A DNA stretch of 64,000 nt from Phoronis australis (Eukaryota > Animalia > Phoronida). The notes beneath the pieces were generated by a model. The model had not been told where the DNA came from. It made no database searches and saw only the letters and a list, made by a program, of their open reading frames with translations. The DNA is taken from positions 37,120 to 101,119 of the forward strand of contig NMRA01000866.1 of assembly GCA_002633005.1 (NCBI GenBank), written 5' to 3'. Of the stretch, positions 34,801 to 48,789 are shown piece by piece (position 1 is the first letter of the stretch; each line of letters starts with the position of its first letter). A program made the position numbers and the translations under genes.

Positions 34801-37800
34801 TAAGGAGGTGTTGAGGTGAAAGGACTTTCCGAGGATTTCTTTGATTTTCGTGTTCCAAGTGAACCTGAGAAATACAACGATTGCTTATTAACAGGACTAC
34901 GTTCCGTAGATGCACGAATTTCGTGAGGAAAGCTGGTGTGATCACGTGCTTCGTTTGTAATGCATGGGGTTATCTCGCGTAGTCTTGCGCAATGTTGCGT
35001 TTGTGGGACGTAGCTGCGTCTACATTTTATCCATCCGTAAATACATCAACATGGTTGGAGAATCAGGTGCTTCAAAAGGGGTATCCACGGGGTCCGAGCC
35101 CAACTTCAGCCGCCTCCCCATTCACTACACGCCCCCCAGCCTGTCTTGGTCCATTCGTTGACAGCCTCTCCTCTGGTAATGATCCTGGTTCAGAACCTGT
35201 TACATAAGCCTATATTGTTACAATACGTAGATTCAATGAACAATGACCGCGTTATCCGTTTATGTTTGAAACTGATGGATTTGTTCCAATACCATGATAA
35301 ACGATAATATGCTGTGACATAGCCGAGAGGGAGTATTAGGATACCGATTTTATGAGAGGCCCAATTCTATGCAACATGGGGTGAAATCTAGCTTTAAATA
35401 ATAAATTTCAAGGTTTTGTGACGTTTAATGTGATTGGTGCCTTCGATTGAATGTTGTAACCTGAATACCAATTGGTTCTTCAACAAGTACTGGTATATGT
35501 CTACAAACGACTGTCTCACCAACTCTTGCAACTCGTCCCACTGTCTTTCTATTACAGGGAAATAGTTGAGCCAGATTTACCCGAGGAATTGGTCTACATT
35601 TATTTCATTATACGACCACTGATGCAAATTTCCTCTGAAAATTTCGTACCTTATTCGATAGACATAATCTACGCTGATTTTGTATCCTAGGGTAGGTTTC
35701 ATGTTTGAGAAATTTGGATTTGGGCTCCCATATCATAACTAATGAAAAAAGGACTAACCAAGAAATTATGAGTGCATTACAATCTAGAAACAATTTATAA
35801 AAATTATCTCAGTGACTAGCAGTTACGAGTACATTATCAGAGACTTTGCACTTTTGCACAAGTGAAATTTAATATTTTTTCAGAAATAATTGCAAATTTC
35901 AATTTAAACGCCCTCTTTCCCGACCCACCAATTTAAGGTTATGTAAGATTATATCGAGGAAAGCCGATTCAAAGTCAATAACCAGCAAAACTAGACTGTC
36001 AACTAGTGAAAGTGTGTATTTTCTAAAGGAGAAATATACGAGATAATAAAAATATGCTTGATACTTATGTATCACTGTTATTAAAACTGCAGTTTTTTAA
36101 TTTTGACGAAGATAAATTCATAGCAAAATGAACCTTCTTTAAATGAAAACTTGCCGATATCTCTCAAAACGCTGATAGTAATTTTCCAATTACTCATTTA
36201 GCCTGGTTTCTCTACGCCAAATTGACTCGCAAACTTTTGTAAGGAACAACGGTTGCATCTGTAAAATAAAACTTAGGCTATTTAAAAAATCCCAACACTA
36301 TTTTTTTATATTGATAAATAAACAGCAAAATAGGAAAAATTCAATGAAATCCACACAGCAGTTTTCATAACTCGTGTTCCTAAGTTCAAATTAAGTCGAT
36401 TTGCCGAAGCCGAGAAAAAGTCGAAAAGGCCACGAGTTTCAAGGTTTTTGAATAATTATTCGGTGAAAACTTGTTTAGGTCAATAATAATCTATACATGC
36501 CATTCGTGTTCTTTATTTCAACATTTACTCGCAATGTCAACTGAATTTACAGTGCATGATTAATTAGATTATCATAAAAGCGTTGTACTTTTGTAGGTCA
36601 GTTTTCAATGCCTCGAGACAAACTAGGTCAGGGGAGGAGCAATAACGCTAGTAGGTCAACTGTGCACTGTGGAACACAATGTATGAACCACGTGGGAGAA
36701 ACCAAGTACACAAAATGGAGAACAGTAAGTAAAGAAAGCGGCTATCACAATATCGAAACAGTGAAACGTCAGATTACCGATGAAATGAATGACTTTGGGT
36801 GAGAATTTATTTTTTCACAATTTGCTTGTGTTCGGGAAACAAAAACTGCCAGACACCGTGCTGCGAATCGGTCCATTCGTCGCCGATGTCAGGGGCCGTA
36901 TGTACGCAGGCGCACAACTCTTCACAACGTTTTGTCTCGTTTTCTACGGCACATTTCCGTATTATGTACACCTCGTTGACTTAATATTATGGCAACTCAG
37001 AGAATGAAAGGACTATGACTATTGTGGGCACATACGCGGGAATTGCTCATGCCAGGCAGGACATTTGATTTGAGTGACACCTCTGTNCTTCAACAAGTAC
37101 TGGTATATGTCTACGAACGACTGTCTCACCAACTCTTGCAACTCGTCCCACTGACTTTCTATTACAGGGAAATAGTTGAGCCAGATTTACCCGAGGAATT
37201 AGTCTACATTTATTTCATTATACGACCACTGATGCAAATTTCCTCTGAAAATTTCGTACCTTATTCGATAGACATAATCTACGCTGCTTTTGTATCCTAG
37301 GGTAGGTTTCATGTTTGAGAAATTTGGATTTGGGCTCCCATATCATAACTAATGAAAAAAGGACTAACCAAGAAATTATGAGTGCATTACAATCTAGAAA
37401 CAATTTAAAAAATTATCTCAGTGACTAGCAGTTACGAGTACATTATCAGAGACTTTGCACTTTTGCTCAAGTGAAAATTAATATTTTTTTCAGAAATAAT
37501 TGCAAATTTCAATTTAAACGCCCTCTTTCCCGGCCCACCAATTTAAGGTTATGTAAGATTATATTGAGGAAACCCGATTCAAAGTCAATAACCAGCAAAA
37601 CTAGACTGTCAACTAGTGAAAGTGTGTATTTTCTAAAAAGGAGAAATATACGAGATAATAAAAATACGCTTGATACTTATGTATCACTGTTATTAAAACT
37701 GCAATTTTTTAAATTTGACGAAGATACATTCATAGCAAAATGACCCCTTAGTCGAGTTTAACGAAACTTTCTTTAAATGAAAACTTGCCGATATCTCTCA

Positions 37801-40800
37801 AAACGCTGATAGTAATTTTACAATTACTCATTTAGCCTGGTTTCTCTACGCCAAATTGACTCGCAAACTTTTGTAAGGAACAACGGTTGCATCGGTAAAA
37901 TAAAACTTAGGCTATTTAAAAAATCCCAACACTGTTTTTTATATTGATAAATAAACAGCAAAATAGAAAAAATTCAATGAAATCCACACAGCAGTGTTCC
38001 TAAGTTCAAATTAAGTCGATTTGCCGAAGCCGAGAAAAAGTCGAAAAGGCCACGAGTTTCAAGGTTTTTGAATAATTATTCGGTGAAAACTTGTTTAGGT
38101 CAATAATAATCTATACATGCCATTCGTGTTCTTTATTTCAACATTTACTCGCAATGTCAACTGAATTTACAGTGCATGATTAATTAGATTATCATAAAAG
38201 CGTTGTACTTTTGTAGGTCAGTTTTCAATGGCTCGAGACAAACTAGGTCAGGGGAGGAGCAATAACGCTAGTAGGTCAACTGTGCACTGTGGAACACAAT
38301 GTATGAACCACGTGGGAGAAACCAAGTACACAAAATGGAGAACAGTAAGTAAAGAAAGTGGCTATCACAATATCGAAACAGCGAAACGTCAGATTACCGA
38401 TGAAATGAATGACTTTGGGTGAGAATTTATTTTTTCACAATTTGCTTGTGTTCGGGAAACAAAAACTGCCAGACACCGTGCTGCGAATCGGTCCATTCGC
38501 CGCCGATGTCAGGGGCCGTATGTACGCAGGCGCACAACTCTTCACAACGTTTTGTCTCGTTTTCTACGGCACATTTCCGTATTATGTACACCTCGTTGAC
38601 TTAATATTATGGCAACTCAGAGAATGAAAGGACTATGACTATTGTGGGCACATACGCGGGAATTGCTCATGCCAGGCAGGACATTTGATTTGAGTGACAC
38701 CTCTGTAACCTTTGAACTTGAATAAGTAGTACACAAATTTCCACGCGGTCGAGGTGCGTTCGGGAAATCGCCTTTTTAGTCTACCATTAACAGGCAAGAT
38801 GTCGATTATAAAGTTGACTAGAAATGAAGATAAAAGAATTATCCACTCAGGGTATTCAATATTACAAAAACTTAAAACATTTAAAAGTATGGTCCTACAT
38901 GTCCTTAAGCTCCCAGTGTATCAACTTGAATGTTGGCGTTACATATGCCGTTCAATGTTTGTATATTTTATTCATTGGAAATCAAAATAAACCAGTTTCT
39001 TAAAGACACGAACCATTTTTACGAGAGGTTGTGTATTCTCAATCTTTAAACCGTGTCTGACGTAAGCCTAGCCAATAGACATCACAAGAAACATCAATTT
39101 AATTACAAAATATGTTCCAATCTTTTCATACTACGACAGCTTTTTCATTAGAACTGTCAAAGACGATGCTTCTAACTCATTTATAAGAATACTGTATGCT
39201 CTGTCGTCAATTTTATTTAAAAATACTCACTTCCTTATCGCTGGTATTCCTTCTCAACTGTTTATACACTATCGAACACATTGAAATGAATCCAGGGAGA
39301 CTGAATAAAAGTCAATTCCGTATAACACCAATTTCATGAACAATTTGTGTATCCCTTTCAGACTCAGTTCTAAGGAGTTTTGGGTCATTGCTAATGATTT
39401 TGATTGCAAATCAATTAGGTTATGGATCCAGTCTTAGCTAAGACGGTCGTGGGTCCGATCGTAGCTAAGATGGTCATGGGTCCGGTCTAAGCTAAGACGC
39501 GACTGTCGTCACTTTTTAATTAACACTCAGCTCATTAACTTGGCCACTGAATGTGAACAATGGTCAGTTTCAAGTCAGTTGTAACGTTTTCGCTCGCCTT
39601 AAAATGTAAGCGTTGCGTTTGCAATAACGTGCCTACGTCCGTCTTAGCTACATTCGGACTGACGACATTTGCTAAAACGGGGCCCCAGACGGCCAATGGA
39701 AAGCACTTAAGGGCTTGCACAAGTACTTGGAAGTCTCCAATGAAGGCCTACTTCCGGTGAAAGAGTATATCCTTATCCTTTCCTGCTTTACAATTCGAAC
39801 TGTTCTATGATTATTAATAGGTTTAAATAAACGCTATTTCGAACAGTCCTGTCACATTTTAAAACAAACGACGCTACTTTGTCTTGATCATGATAATGAT
39901 ACTAAAATCGAAACGTTTCGCGAATTACAGATTTGTGCATCTTTCGTTTGTTTTATCATTGCCGTCGATCTTTATAAAACTTGATGAAAACCTACTGCAC
40001 TTGCGCAGTTCTTGTTTTCAAATTTCTTGACGATTCATTTTACGAAGATTTTAAGTTATTGAATGTGATGCGGGAAGATTATTTTTAAGAATGAGAGCCA
40101 TTACCGGCGATAAGGTCAGATGTTTCGACTTTTCACGAGTTCTCAAGTCAAGTGGAATGCCATTAATTGTTTCCACTTCATTGTGTTAAGTGCAGTCGTC
40201 TTGATGGCCTATGTCCTCGAGTCACGATGGTTCCAGTTAATCGTTGAGTTGATCTATCCACCGAGTCACCCTGATTCGTTAGACACTACCTCTGCAAAAT
40301 CCCCGATACCGCTATTGCGACTAAATGGGATTTTTAACGCTTTAGGCAAGTTGACATGAAATTCTGTTAATGTAAAAACGCGTTTGAATCGGTGCATTCG
40401 TTCTTAGGAGGTGCACTTAAAACTCTCCAGGTGGTATTTTGTCCGGACGAATATTGAATGGAAATCCGGGAAGTCGCATGAAAGCGAAAATGCAAAGTCC
40501 CCAGATTGTGAGACGAGGTTGGCTTATTGCAATTAAAAGCTTTAAATTTTACAAAAGTGGCATTCATTGGGGCTGAAACACAGGCCTTTGTTGGAAGCTG
40601 AGAAGAATACATTTTGTTAACGATTTCCGTTTCTATATCATATCACTGTTTTGTCTTTCGCAGGGTAAACGAGGATTAAATCCAACGAGATTTTCCGTGT
40701 TGCCTCGCACCATGACATTAGATACGAAATCAATAATTCCAAGGTTTTGTGTAAACACAGAAACAAACCCGTTGGTGTTACAATATGCTTACTTTGCTAA

Positions 40801-42494
40801 AAAAAAACGGAAAACGCAATTACTTGAGACAACAAATCCAATTGTGAAAAAGCATTTGCAAAAGGAATGTTGCAAACGCGTGTTTTAGTAGTGCACTACA
40901 GAAACACACCAGTCCACTCTGATCATCTTAAAAAACTCAATGGAAACTTGTCCGTTAGCAGTTGTAACCAGTTGCGTCACCTAAAGAAAACCGGGTATAA
41001 CCCAAGTTGTTCAACATTTTTATCTGAAAGCTACGACTGTTTTATTTTTCTTGTTGTTTCCGGTGACATCAATAACGTAGGGTCATGCTGATCAGAACCC
41101 ACTGGGGTACACTCCAAGTAATCTAATTAACATAATATGTGTACTAAGGGACCTCAGTCCGAGACAGACGCAGAATTGTCTAGTGTCTTATGTTTGCCAA
41201 AAGGAAGAAATAATGAAAAAGTCGCAGACAGCCGATTGGGTGTTTCTTGTTCATTGAACAGCCTCCACAGCCGGGCTTCACAGCACACCCGGTGGCACAG
41301 TCCACAAGCTGCTTCGTGAGAGTCCCTGCACGTGCGTTTTCATGTTCGCGCAAACGTTGTATTTCTGACGCGTATTTGTGTAAACGTTAACAAAGTGAGA
41401 TAACGATTTGCAAGCGATGCTGAGATGGAGAATTTTGTTCGTGGCTCATGATTTACGCCTGAGTCGCGAGCATTTTCTGCAACATTTATATATAGGTCTA
41501 CTTACACATTCAGATAACACAGATGCTCAAGAAAATCATGAAAACCTCAACTACAAAGCAAAGCGGATGTTCTCTTCTAAATATAGACCAACGATTTAGT
41601 AAATTATTTCTGCTGTCAATTGCCAAGTTATCTTCTGCTTGTGTGTGGTAATGGTTGAACGTTCACTATCGTAATAAGTTCAACAGGTCACAGCACTTAA
41701 ACGCAGAATCTGACACTTCAAAAAGACACTTTAATTATTTTTCGCATTGAATGTACTTTCAAAGATTTAGCTATTATCATTTAGCAATTTAGGACAATAT
41801 CGAAAATTACGCCTTCACCTGATGTTTCTGGTCCTGCTTTCGTAACAAGCGCGTTCATTGTTAGGGTGGCCGGTACAGACCAGAGGTCCATTTTATGAAT
41901 CTTTTCTGTCTGATGGCTTGCGTCAGTTTTCATCAAACGAGCCCCAGGCCATACAGAAGTTAGTAGCGTAACAAATGTAGTACAAAGCCAGATCCAAGTG
42001 CTAAATCAAATTACTAATTTCTTTATGAAAGAGAAGAAACAACTGGCAATGGAAAATGTTTGTCGAAATGAAACAAATTTAAAATCATTAGCATATTAAG
42101 CAATAAAAATAAGAATGCGTGACATGAATTCTCTTTAGACTTACTTGTGCAGTAATTTTACTCACTTTTTCTCATTTTCCGACATCAACAATGCAAGTAT
42201 AGTTGACGTGAACGCTTTTGTTAGCGAACCAATCGGAAATGTGTGGTGCGCCGCCGTCTTCGTGCTTTTTTCCACATTGACAAAGCCATACCCACGAGCA
42301 AACACCTTATCTTTGTGAACCACTGCTAAACTCAAGCCTGGTACAGTTGAGCGACATTTCATTAGTTCGCTTGCAAACCTGTCAATTTTCTCGAATTTTG
42401 CTTCTATTGAAGAGATCGACGATGGTGTAGTTCGGTTGGCGCCACAAATACAGCAAAACGCTACTGCAATCAAAACGAGCACCGACAAACGCAT
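31876..42494 (-). CDS. Secreted serine beta-lactamase/penicillin-binding-protein-fold protein (class C-like; resembles molluscan gigasin-6-like proteins), ~583 aa, 5 exons, probable C-terminal GPI signal
   Basis: Exons: 42166-42494, 34685-34864, 33530-33787, 32930-33198 (or 33195, NAGNAG acceptor), 31876-32591. Introns are GT-AG and the phases are compatible. Motifs: signal peptide MRLSVLVLIAVAFCCICGA, VPGLSLAVV, SxxK (GSLTK), DLLCHRTG, YxN (YNN), GPAGS, GYGLAW, HSG triad, and a hydrophobic tail SSAATIPRQLTAVISLMLFIYG*. Confidence 0.9.
35477..38706. repeat. ~1.6-kb near-identical tandem duplication (35477-37086 / 37088-38706) joined by a single N
   Basis: The two copies are directly alignable and differ by SNPs and small indels. 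This is probably two uncollapsed haplotypes. Confidence 0.9.
39422..39686. mobile_element. MITE remnant with ~29-bp subterminal repeats
   Basis: Three GGRTCC..TCTTAGCTAAGAYG-type units, an inverted GTCTTAGCTA, and the terminus TTTGCTAAAACGGGGCCC. Confidence 0.45.
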
Positions 42495-43176
42495 CACGTC
42501 TGCTAGGCGCGGCAGGTGATTCACAAAGTGCACGAGTACACGAAGGATAGTCAATAACGTGAAACGTAAACACTTTGCTAATAATCGTCAATTTATATGA
42601 CAAAACAGCCATTCGCTCACACAAAAAGGACAAACAAGAGATGGAAGGTTTCATTGAAAAATAGCTCACTAATACAAAACTCGGTCGACAAATCAGAGTC
42701 AAGTTTCCTCTGGAGGCATTGTCGAAAGAATCACGGGTTTGTAGTATCATTGTTCCGGCAACGTTCTTGTTGCAAGACGACTGGTATTAATCTTAATTAT
42801 TGTAATTTGTAAAGCCTTTTACAGCTGTGTTACCGTCACCTAAGAGATATACTTTAAAAACTAATCAATAGAATTTTCTTCTAACTGCGTCATCAAGTCA
42901 ACGCATGGGATACGGCTCTGATTAAATTACTAACTAAATAAACAGATAGTAACTTTTTGCATTCAAACACTTGCGTCACTCAAAAGTTGTCTCAACTAAC
43001 AATGAAATTGTCTTTGAAGTTGTGGCAGTTTAAAGACGGTGTAAGATGAGCCAACTGCCTTTTAGATATGTTAAATACATGTACTTTGGTGCAATATATT
43101 TTTGTTTCGTTTTATTCCACACAACCACTAATTAATTGCTACACGTTTTATACCCCATATTATGTGCCCCCATCGG

Positions 43177-44420
43177 CTCGCTGGTTCTCAGCGTGTCCGC
43201 TAGGGGGTAGGTAACACGCAAGTATCATTCAGTAGCACGCGTTTTGCCACTGGTTGATGCAACCTCGGCAGTCATTGGTTAGCTTTACAACAAAGAAAGA
43301 AAATGAGTGACTGTGAACGATGTTTAGCCTTGTCATGCTAGTGGCGTGACAGGAAATATTTCCTTTCTGTAGTAACGTTTAATAGCTGCGTGCTTGAAGC
43401 TCCTACAATGCACACACATCTGGCCGATTTAACAGGTATGTTATTCATTCTGTGTGAATACAGGACAGCAACGTAAACAAAAGTCAGCGACATTAAACAA
43501 TGCCCCCCAAAAAGGCACAACCACAACTTTCCGATTCTCATTTCTTGAAAATGAATTAAGCACACCTTTTTATCTGTACAACAGACTACAAACTACATCC
43601 ACATTTACACCACCGTCATCAGTCATGCCAGTTTGTTTGCGTAAAGCGCTACCTGTTGAATTCGACCAGCCCTTCAGAAACGCCGGTGCAAAAAATTTCC
43701 TGAGGAAATTTAGGAGACACAGAACAGTTCTCTCAGGGGTTTGCCTATCAGAACACACGTCAACGGATTTTTCACCCTTTCTCCACTCCGTCAAAAACTG
43801 CATGCAAATAAAGAAAAGTCATTTCACATCACAGGTCCTATAGATGAGCACAGAAAATTTATTCTCTCTTGTATTTTTGACCCTTTCACTCCCACTGAAA
43901 ACCAAGCTAGACTAAGAAAAATAAGGGCAAAAAGTGAAAAATCGTCACTTTTCACCCCAAAACCACTGACTTTTCTGCCGATGCTCGACTAAAGCCAACT
44001 TTAGATTCCGAAAGCAAATTTCCTACCAATTCAAAAAATGTGGCCCAAAAGTATTATCAACCAACTAGTCATTTTGAAAATCTGGCTTGTTTGAGGGCTA
44101 CCTGAAATCGTGGCCAATTTCTCAGTTGCTACACAGCAATGCACAATTGCAACAGGGGGCCACCATCTTGAAGAAGAGTGCAGCTACAGCCGAGAAAGTG
44201 GCCTTTTTATTCTCAGCATGTTCACAAAGATAAACAAACCACATTCACTTGGCTTACATACAATACCTAACTAAAAAATGCCCCCAAGCCTGACATACCC
44301 ATAGATTTTAATATTTTGGCAGTGCAAATTGGCCGCTGTCGCAGCCTAACTTCTCAGTGCCACCTTAAATGATATCTGCGAGTTATCTACCCCCTAGCGG
44401 ACACGCAGTTAACCAGCGAC
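43177..44420. mobile_element. TIR DNA element (~55-bp TIRs) with a 9-10-bp flanking direct repeat (Mutator-like)
   Basis: TIRs TCGCTGGTT..GCGTGTCCGCTAGGGGGTAGRTAAC.CGCA are present at both ends. The direct repeat CCCCCATCGG is at 43167-43176 and 44420-44429. Confidence 0.7.
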
Positions 44421-45423
44421 CCCCATCGGAACCCCCTCTCATTTTCTTGACCTATCACAGTCGACTGGTATATTGACGTCATCTTTGTGGACAGCACAGA
44501 CCGCACTAACCACAGCCTAAACAGCTGATCGCCTGCAGGGATAGTAAAAATTTAAGTAGTTTGGTCAAGGAATCGCCGACTTCAGGAATCAATGTCTATT
44601 GATAAAGTGATTACTAACCAAAACAATCGTGCCAGGAAAAGCACCCTTCGAACCCTACACAATGAACAGCGGCGTATATCAGTGCCAGGGCGTTATCGAT
44701 TCACTCACTACGAACCAAGTTTCGAAGTATTTGCTGTCGTATTTTAATACGTTTAAAAACGCCATACAACAGCTGTAACATTTCGCACTAAATCTCACAA
44801 CGGTAAGATGTCCTGATTATCAATTATCAATATTCCCGACAATAAAGCAATGCAGCACGACCGTTCGGTCCCATTGTTTGCGCGCAAGGTCCCTGTATAG
44901 CCTACGATCGCCACTTAGAAATGTCGTCAATTACCGGTGTGTGAAAGTACGTCTCGTTTTTATAGCAAAAAAACAAACGTGAAGGTGACAGCCATTGGCT
45001 ATTACTTGCCAAACGACGGTCGTAACTTGTCTTGCAGCAGAGTAATCATGAGTGGGCACGAAATTCCCAAGACCTTGTTTCTGGGACAGCGCGCACAACA
45101 TACATGGATATATACGTGTGACTCATCTGTCACACACATGTTGCTGCCAATGTTTCGTGCACTCCAGCGGAACTTAGACGTGCACAAACGGGAGTCCCGA
45201 CCTCAAACCACTGAGCCACCCAGTTCATTACTCTGATTGTCTGCTAATGAGTCGTAACTAACATGAATAAATTATTGTATTTGTGTCCATTTTGTAATCA
45301 TTTAAAGTCCTTCTCTCAAACTGCCCATGTGGTTCCAGTATCCGAAAATACTTACTACATAAACTCTTATTTTCGACACCCTTTCTTTATATTCTTTTCG
45401 CCTTTCTTGCCAAAAGCGATTTT

Positions 45424-46919
45424 NGGGACTGTAGTCAAAATAATGTTGCAGTTAATCGGTTATAACATACAAACAAAACTCATGTTTGCCTGACTTGCGT
45501 GCCAAAACAAAAGCCAATTCGTATACATGGTCAAAACACTGAATTCCGAAAGCGATCGCTGATTGGCTGATGTGCCAGTGACGTGAATGGCGGGGTATCC
45601 TCTGCTTTACACATTCATTGCATATGTCATATTTTGAAGAGTTTACATCGTAATTTATCATTGTATCAATCGTCCTTATTTTTATTGTTTGCCACAGTGC
45701 TGTACAAGGTTCGCTATGCCTTTTTTATGGCACCTGGTTACTCAAACTCTTCGAAAAAGGTGTCTTCTAAAGGGTTGGTCATCGCACACCATCGCCGAGT
45801 TACCCAAGCCTTGGCCCAAAGCTGTATACTAAATATAGGCTTACAGGTTTGAGCCGATATGGGTAAAAATGGACAAATAAAATCTGACTCAAAATTAATG
45901 TCATTAAAACTAATCTCATCCTTGAGTAAACCTAGAAACCAGGTTCCTAGAGTAAACTAAGTTCTGTATTTACCGGTGTTGGAAAAGTTAGCGATCGTTC
46001 ATCGGCTGCTGCTAAAATTGTGATGTGCTCTCTTGAGTCGGCTTTTTGCGATTACGATGACCTTTATCAGTTTCTTTTCCCCCGTTTCTTTTATCAAGTG
46101 TTCGTCGCTGACGGTACCTATAGGTTGCGTACATGTTATAACAAATTATCAGGACTTGTTTCATTTTGTTACAAGTTTTTAATATTTTTATACCAGCAAA
46201 CCGAATTTTAAGATAACCTTGGTGCTGCGAAGCTGTCATCATGTCCCGAAAGACGTCTCAAATTTTTAGGAAATGGCACGTGCGCCGTGTCACGAGCGTG
46301 CTGTTTTTGAAACGACGACACACTTCTTTGTTAAAAAGGCGGCAAATTATGCTACCAAATGACGTTTATTTGATTGTTTGCCACTTAAACGGCTGCAACG
46401 AACAATGGGAGTGTCGGGAAACGGAGCTCAAATAACAGTGGTAAGATAGTCTTCATACAGCTATAGTCGGTAACTTACCAACCCTTCAAGTTTACAGAGC
46501 TGAGTATTGACTACTGGCTGACTGGCTGGCTAGAGTCCTCATTGCCCACGGCTCAGTCACACCAGTGGAAAATGTTGATAAGGAATGGGTTGCACCGGCA
46601 AATTTTCGTCTGACGATGACTGGGTATCACTTTGTGTTGCCTCGGCTCAACCAGGTATCCCTGATGACCCGACATTTCACACTAAAATTTCTTATTCCGA
46701 CAATATAAAAAACGCTACTTGATTACACGCTAACACAGGACAGTAACTTTGCCCCCGCCAAATACGTCACGAGGCTAAGCAGCGCTCTAAGCCGGTAATT
46801 TTTTTTTGAGCTTCGTTAGAGAATATAAGTTTAATTTTGTTGTTGAAATATTTGTGAAATTAATCAACTATTCACAGAAAACTAACCAGAATTTATCCAG
46901 AATAAAATACAGTTCCCTT
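45424..46919 (+). mobile_element. Kolobok-type non-autonomous element (family B), ~1.5-kb copy
   Basis: It has the same ends as 18125-19186 (GGGACTGTAGTCAAAATAATG...AATACAGTTCCCTT|TTAA). The left junction falls on a single N. Confidence 0.8.
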
Positions 46920-48789
46920 TTAAGTTTCGTTTAAAAGGAAACAGATGATTTTATCAGAGAGATTAAAGCTTTTTCTATAGAAGGATATCAAAAAAAAAAC
47001 TCACTTTTCAACCTTAAACAGTGGTGTAATTGTACTTTGAAAATATCGACTTCAGCGCACGCAATCGCAATTTCCCACACGCAGTCACGGGTATTTAAGC
47101 TTTTCCGTCGATGTATAGATGGCGCAGTAGTCAAGTACTTCCTCATTTGCATATCAAATTTGCATGTGGGAGTTCTGAGACTCTCGTCAGTTTAGTTGTT
47201 GTCGACCGCTTGAGTGCATAAAGCGGTGACCTCCCGCTGAGAGCACGCGTTGATGAAGATACCACAGCTAACTCGATCGCTTCGCAATCAGGAGGTGAAA
47301 ACACTCTCATGACCGCAGTTCTGAATTCCAGCTAAGCAAGCCCTATTTCGAGGAGCGGATTTGAATTGTTTTCGTCCCCAGACTGTGGATTGCAGAGAAG
47401 ATTAGAATGANNNNNNNNNNNNNNNNNNNNNNNNNNNNNNNNNNNNNNNNNNNNNNNNNNNNNNNNNNNNNNNNNNNNNNNNNNNNNNNNNNNNNNNNNN
47501 NNNNNNNNNNNNNNNNNNNNNNNNNNNNNNNNNNNNNNNNNNNNNNNNNNNNNNNNNNNNNNNNNNNNNNNNNNNNNNNNNNNNNNNNNNNNNNNNNNNN
47601 NNNNNNNNNNNNNNNCGCAAAGCTGTATAGGCCTACTAACAAGCTGTATTTTGACGATAGTCTTCACTGGTAGCTGGTGACTGAGGCTAACTAAGGTCTG
47701 CCGCGGCAGTGTGACACAGGACTAACCAGCCCGTAATTTCATGCAAGTGTCTGAAACTACCCTTGAACATATGCAGTATTTATGATTTGACCATTTTACT
47801 TCGACAAAACAGCTTGCAACCGCATGCATTTACCGTTCGCCAGTGTCTGGTCTCGATCCGCACCGGGTCCGATAGGCTGCGGTCCCGAGTGTGGCAAAAT
47901 AATTTCTGTCAAAATTTATTCGCCACATTTCTTCAGCAAATTAGATAAAATTGTCCGTAGTTTGATTTTATTAAAATTAAGGCGCGCTGTCGATTATTTC
48001 ATCCCCGTTTGCTGGCTGGTAACAGTACAGGCACTGCTCCAGTCGCATGTGCTGACAGCGTTTTCTCGGCCTGGGTTCCTGAATGAATTGTACTTCCGTG
48101 TTCGCGGCAAGTTTAAAATGGCGGTGTTTCTTCGGGTGCGAATCGTGAGTGGCGCGTTCATTTAAACTTTTTTCGAGTACGGATCGTGTATTAGTTATGG
48201 GGTAAGTACTTCTTGGATCCTTATAACATCCTCTAACCATGTAATAAGGGTTAACAACGCGTGAGAGAAGGACTTTAAAGGATGATTTTGTACTTGGCTT
48301 CTTAAGCCTCAAGGTGTTTATCTTTGAATTTCATTTGCATATTCAGGTCTCCGGAATGAGCGGTTGCTTGCGATACACGTCGAACTGAAAAAAAAACGCG
48401 AACTGTTAACAATAATTTAACATTAACTACGAGAAAGTTGGCATGCAAATTTTTCAGACGTACTTATCAGGAATTGATTAACCACCAGCCTAACAAATTT
48501 ACTTGCCGTCTGATCTGTCGACTAAAATGTTGACCATCTAACAATTAGATTAGTTAATGTGACTGAAAATAAGTCAGCTGATATACCAGTGCAGGAATTG
48601 AAATTTATTTTTAATCAGATTCTCATACCATAGTCAATCGATTTACGTTTGGACAGGGGCTTCCCCTGTCCTCAAATTACAACGGGGACGCTTGCCACTT
48701 AGGCACTTCAATTTCATTACCGTTGCAGCCACCCAAGTAATTAACGTTTACGAAAAATCGAGAAGAGGTTCCTCCTGTCCCAGGATTAC

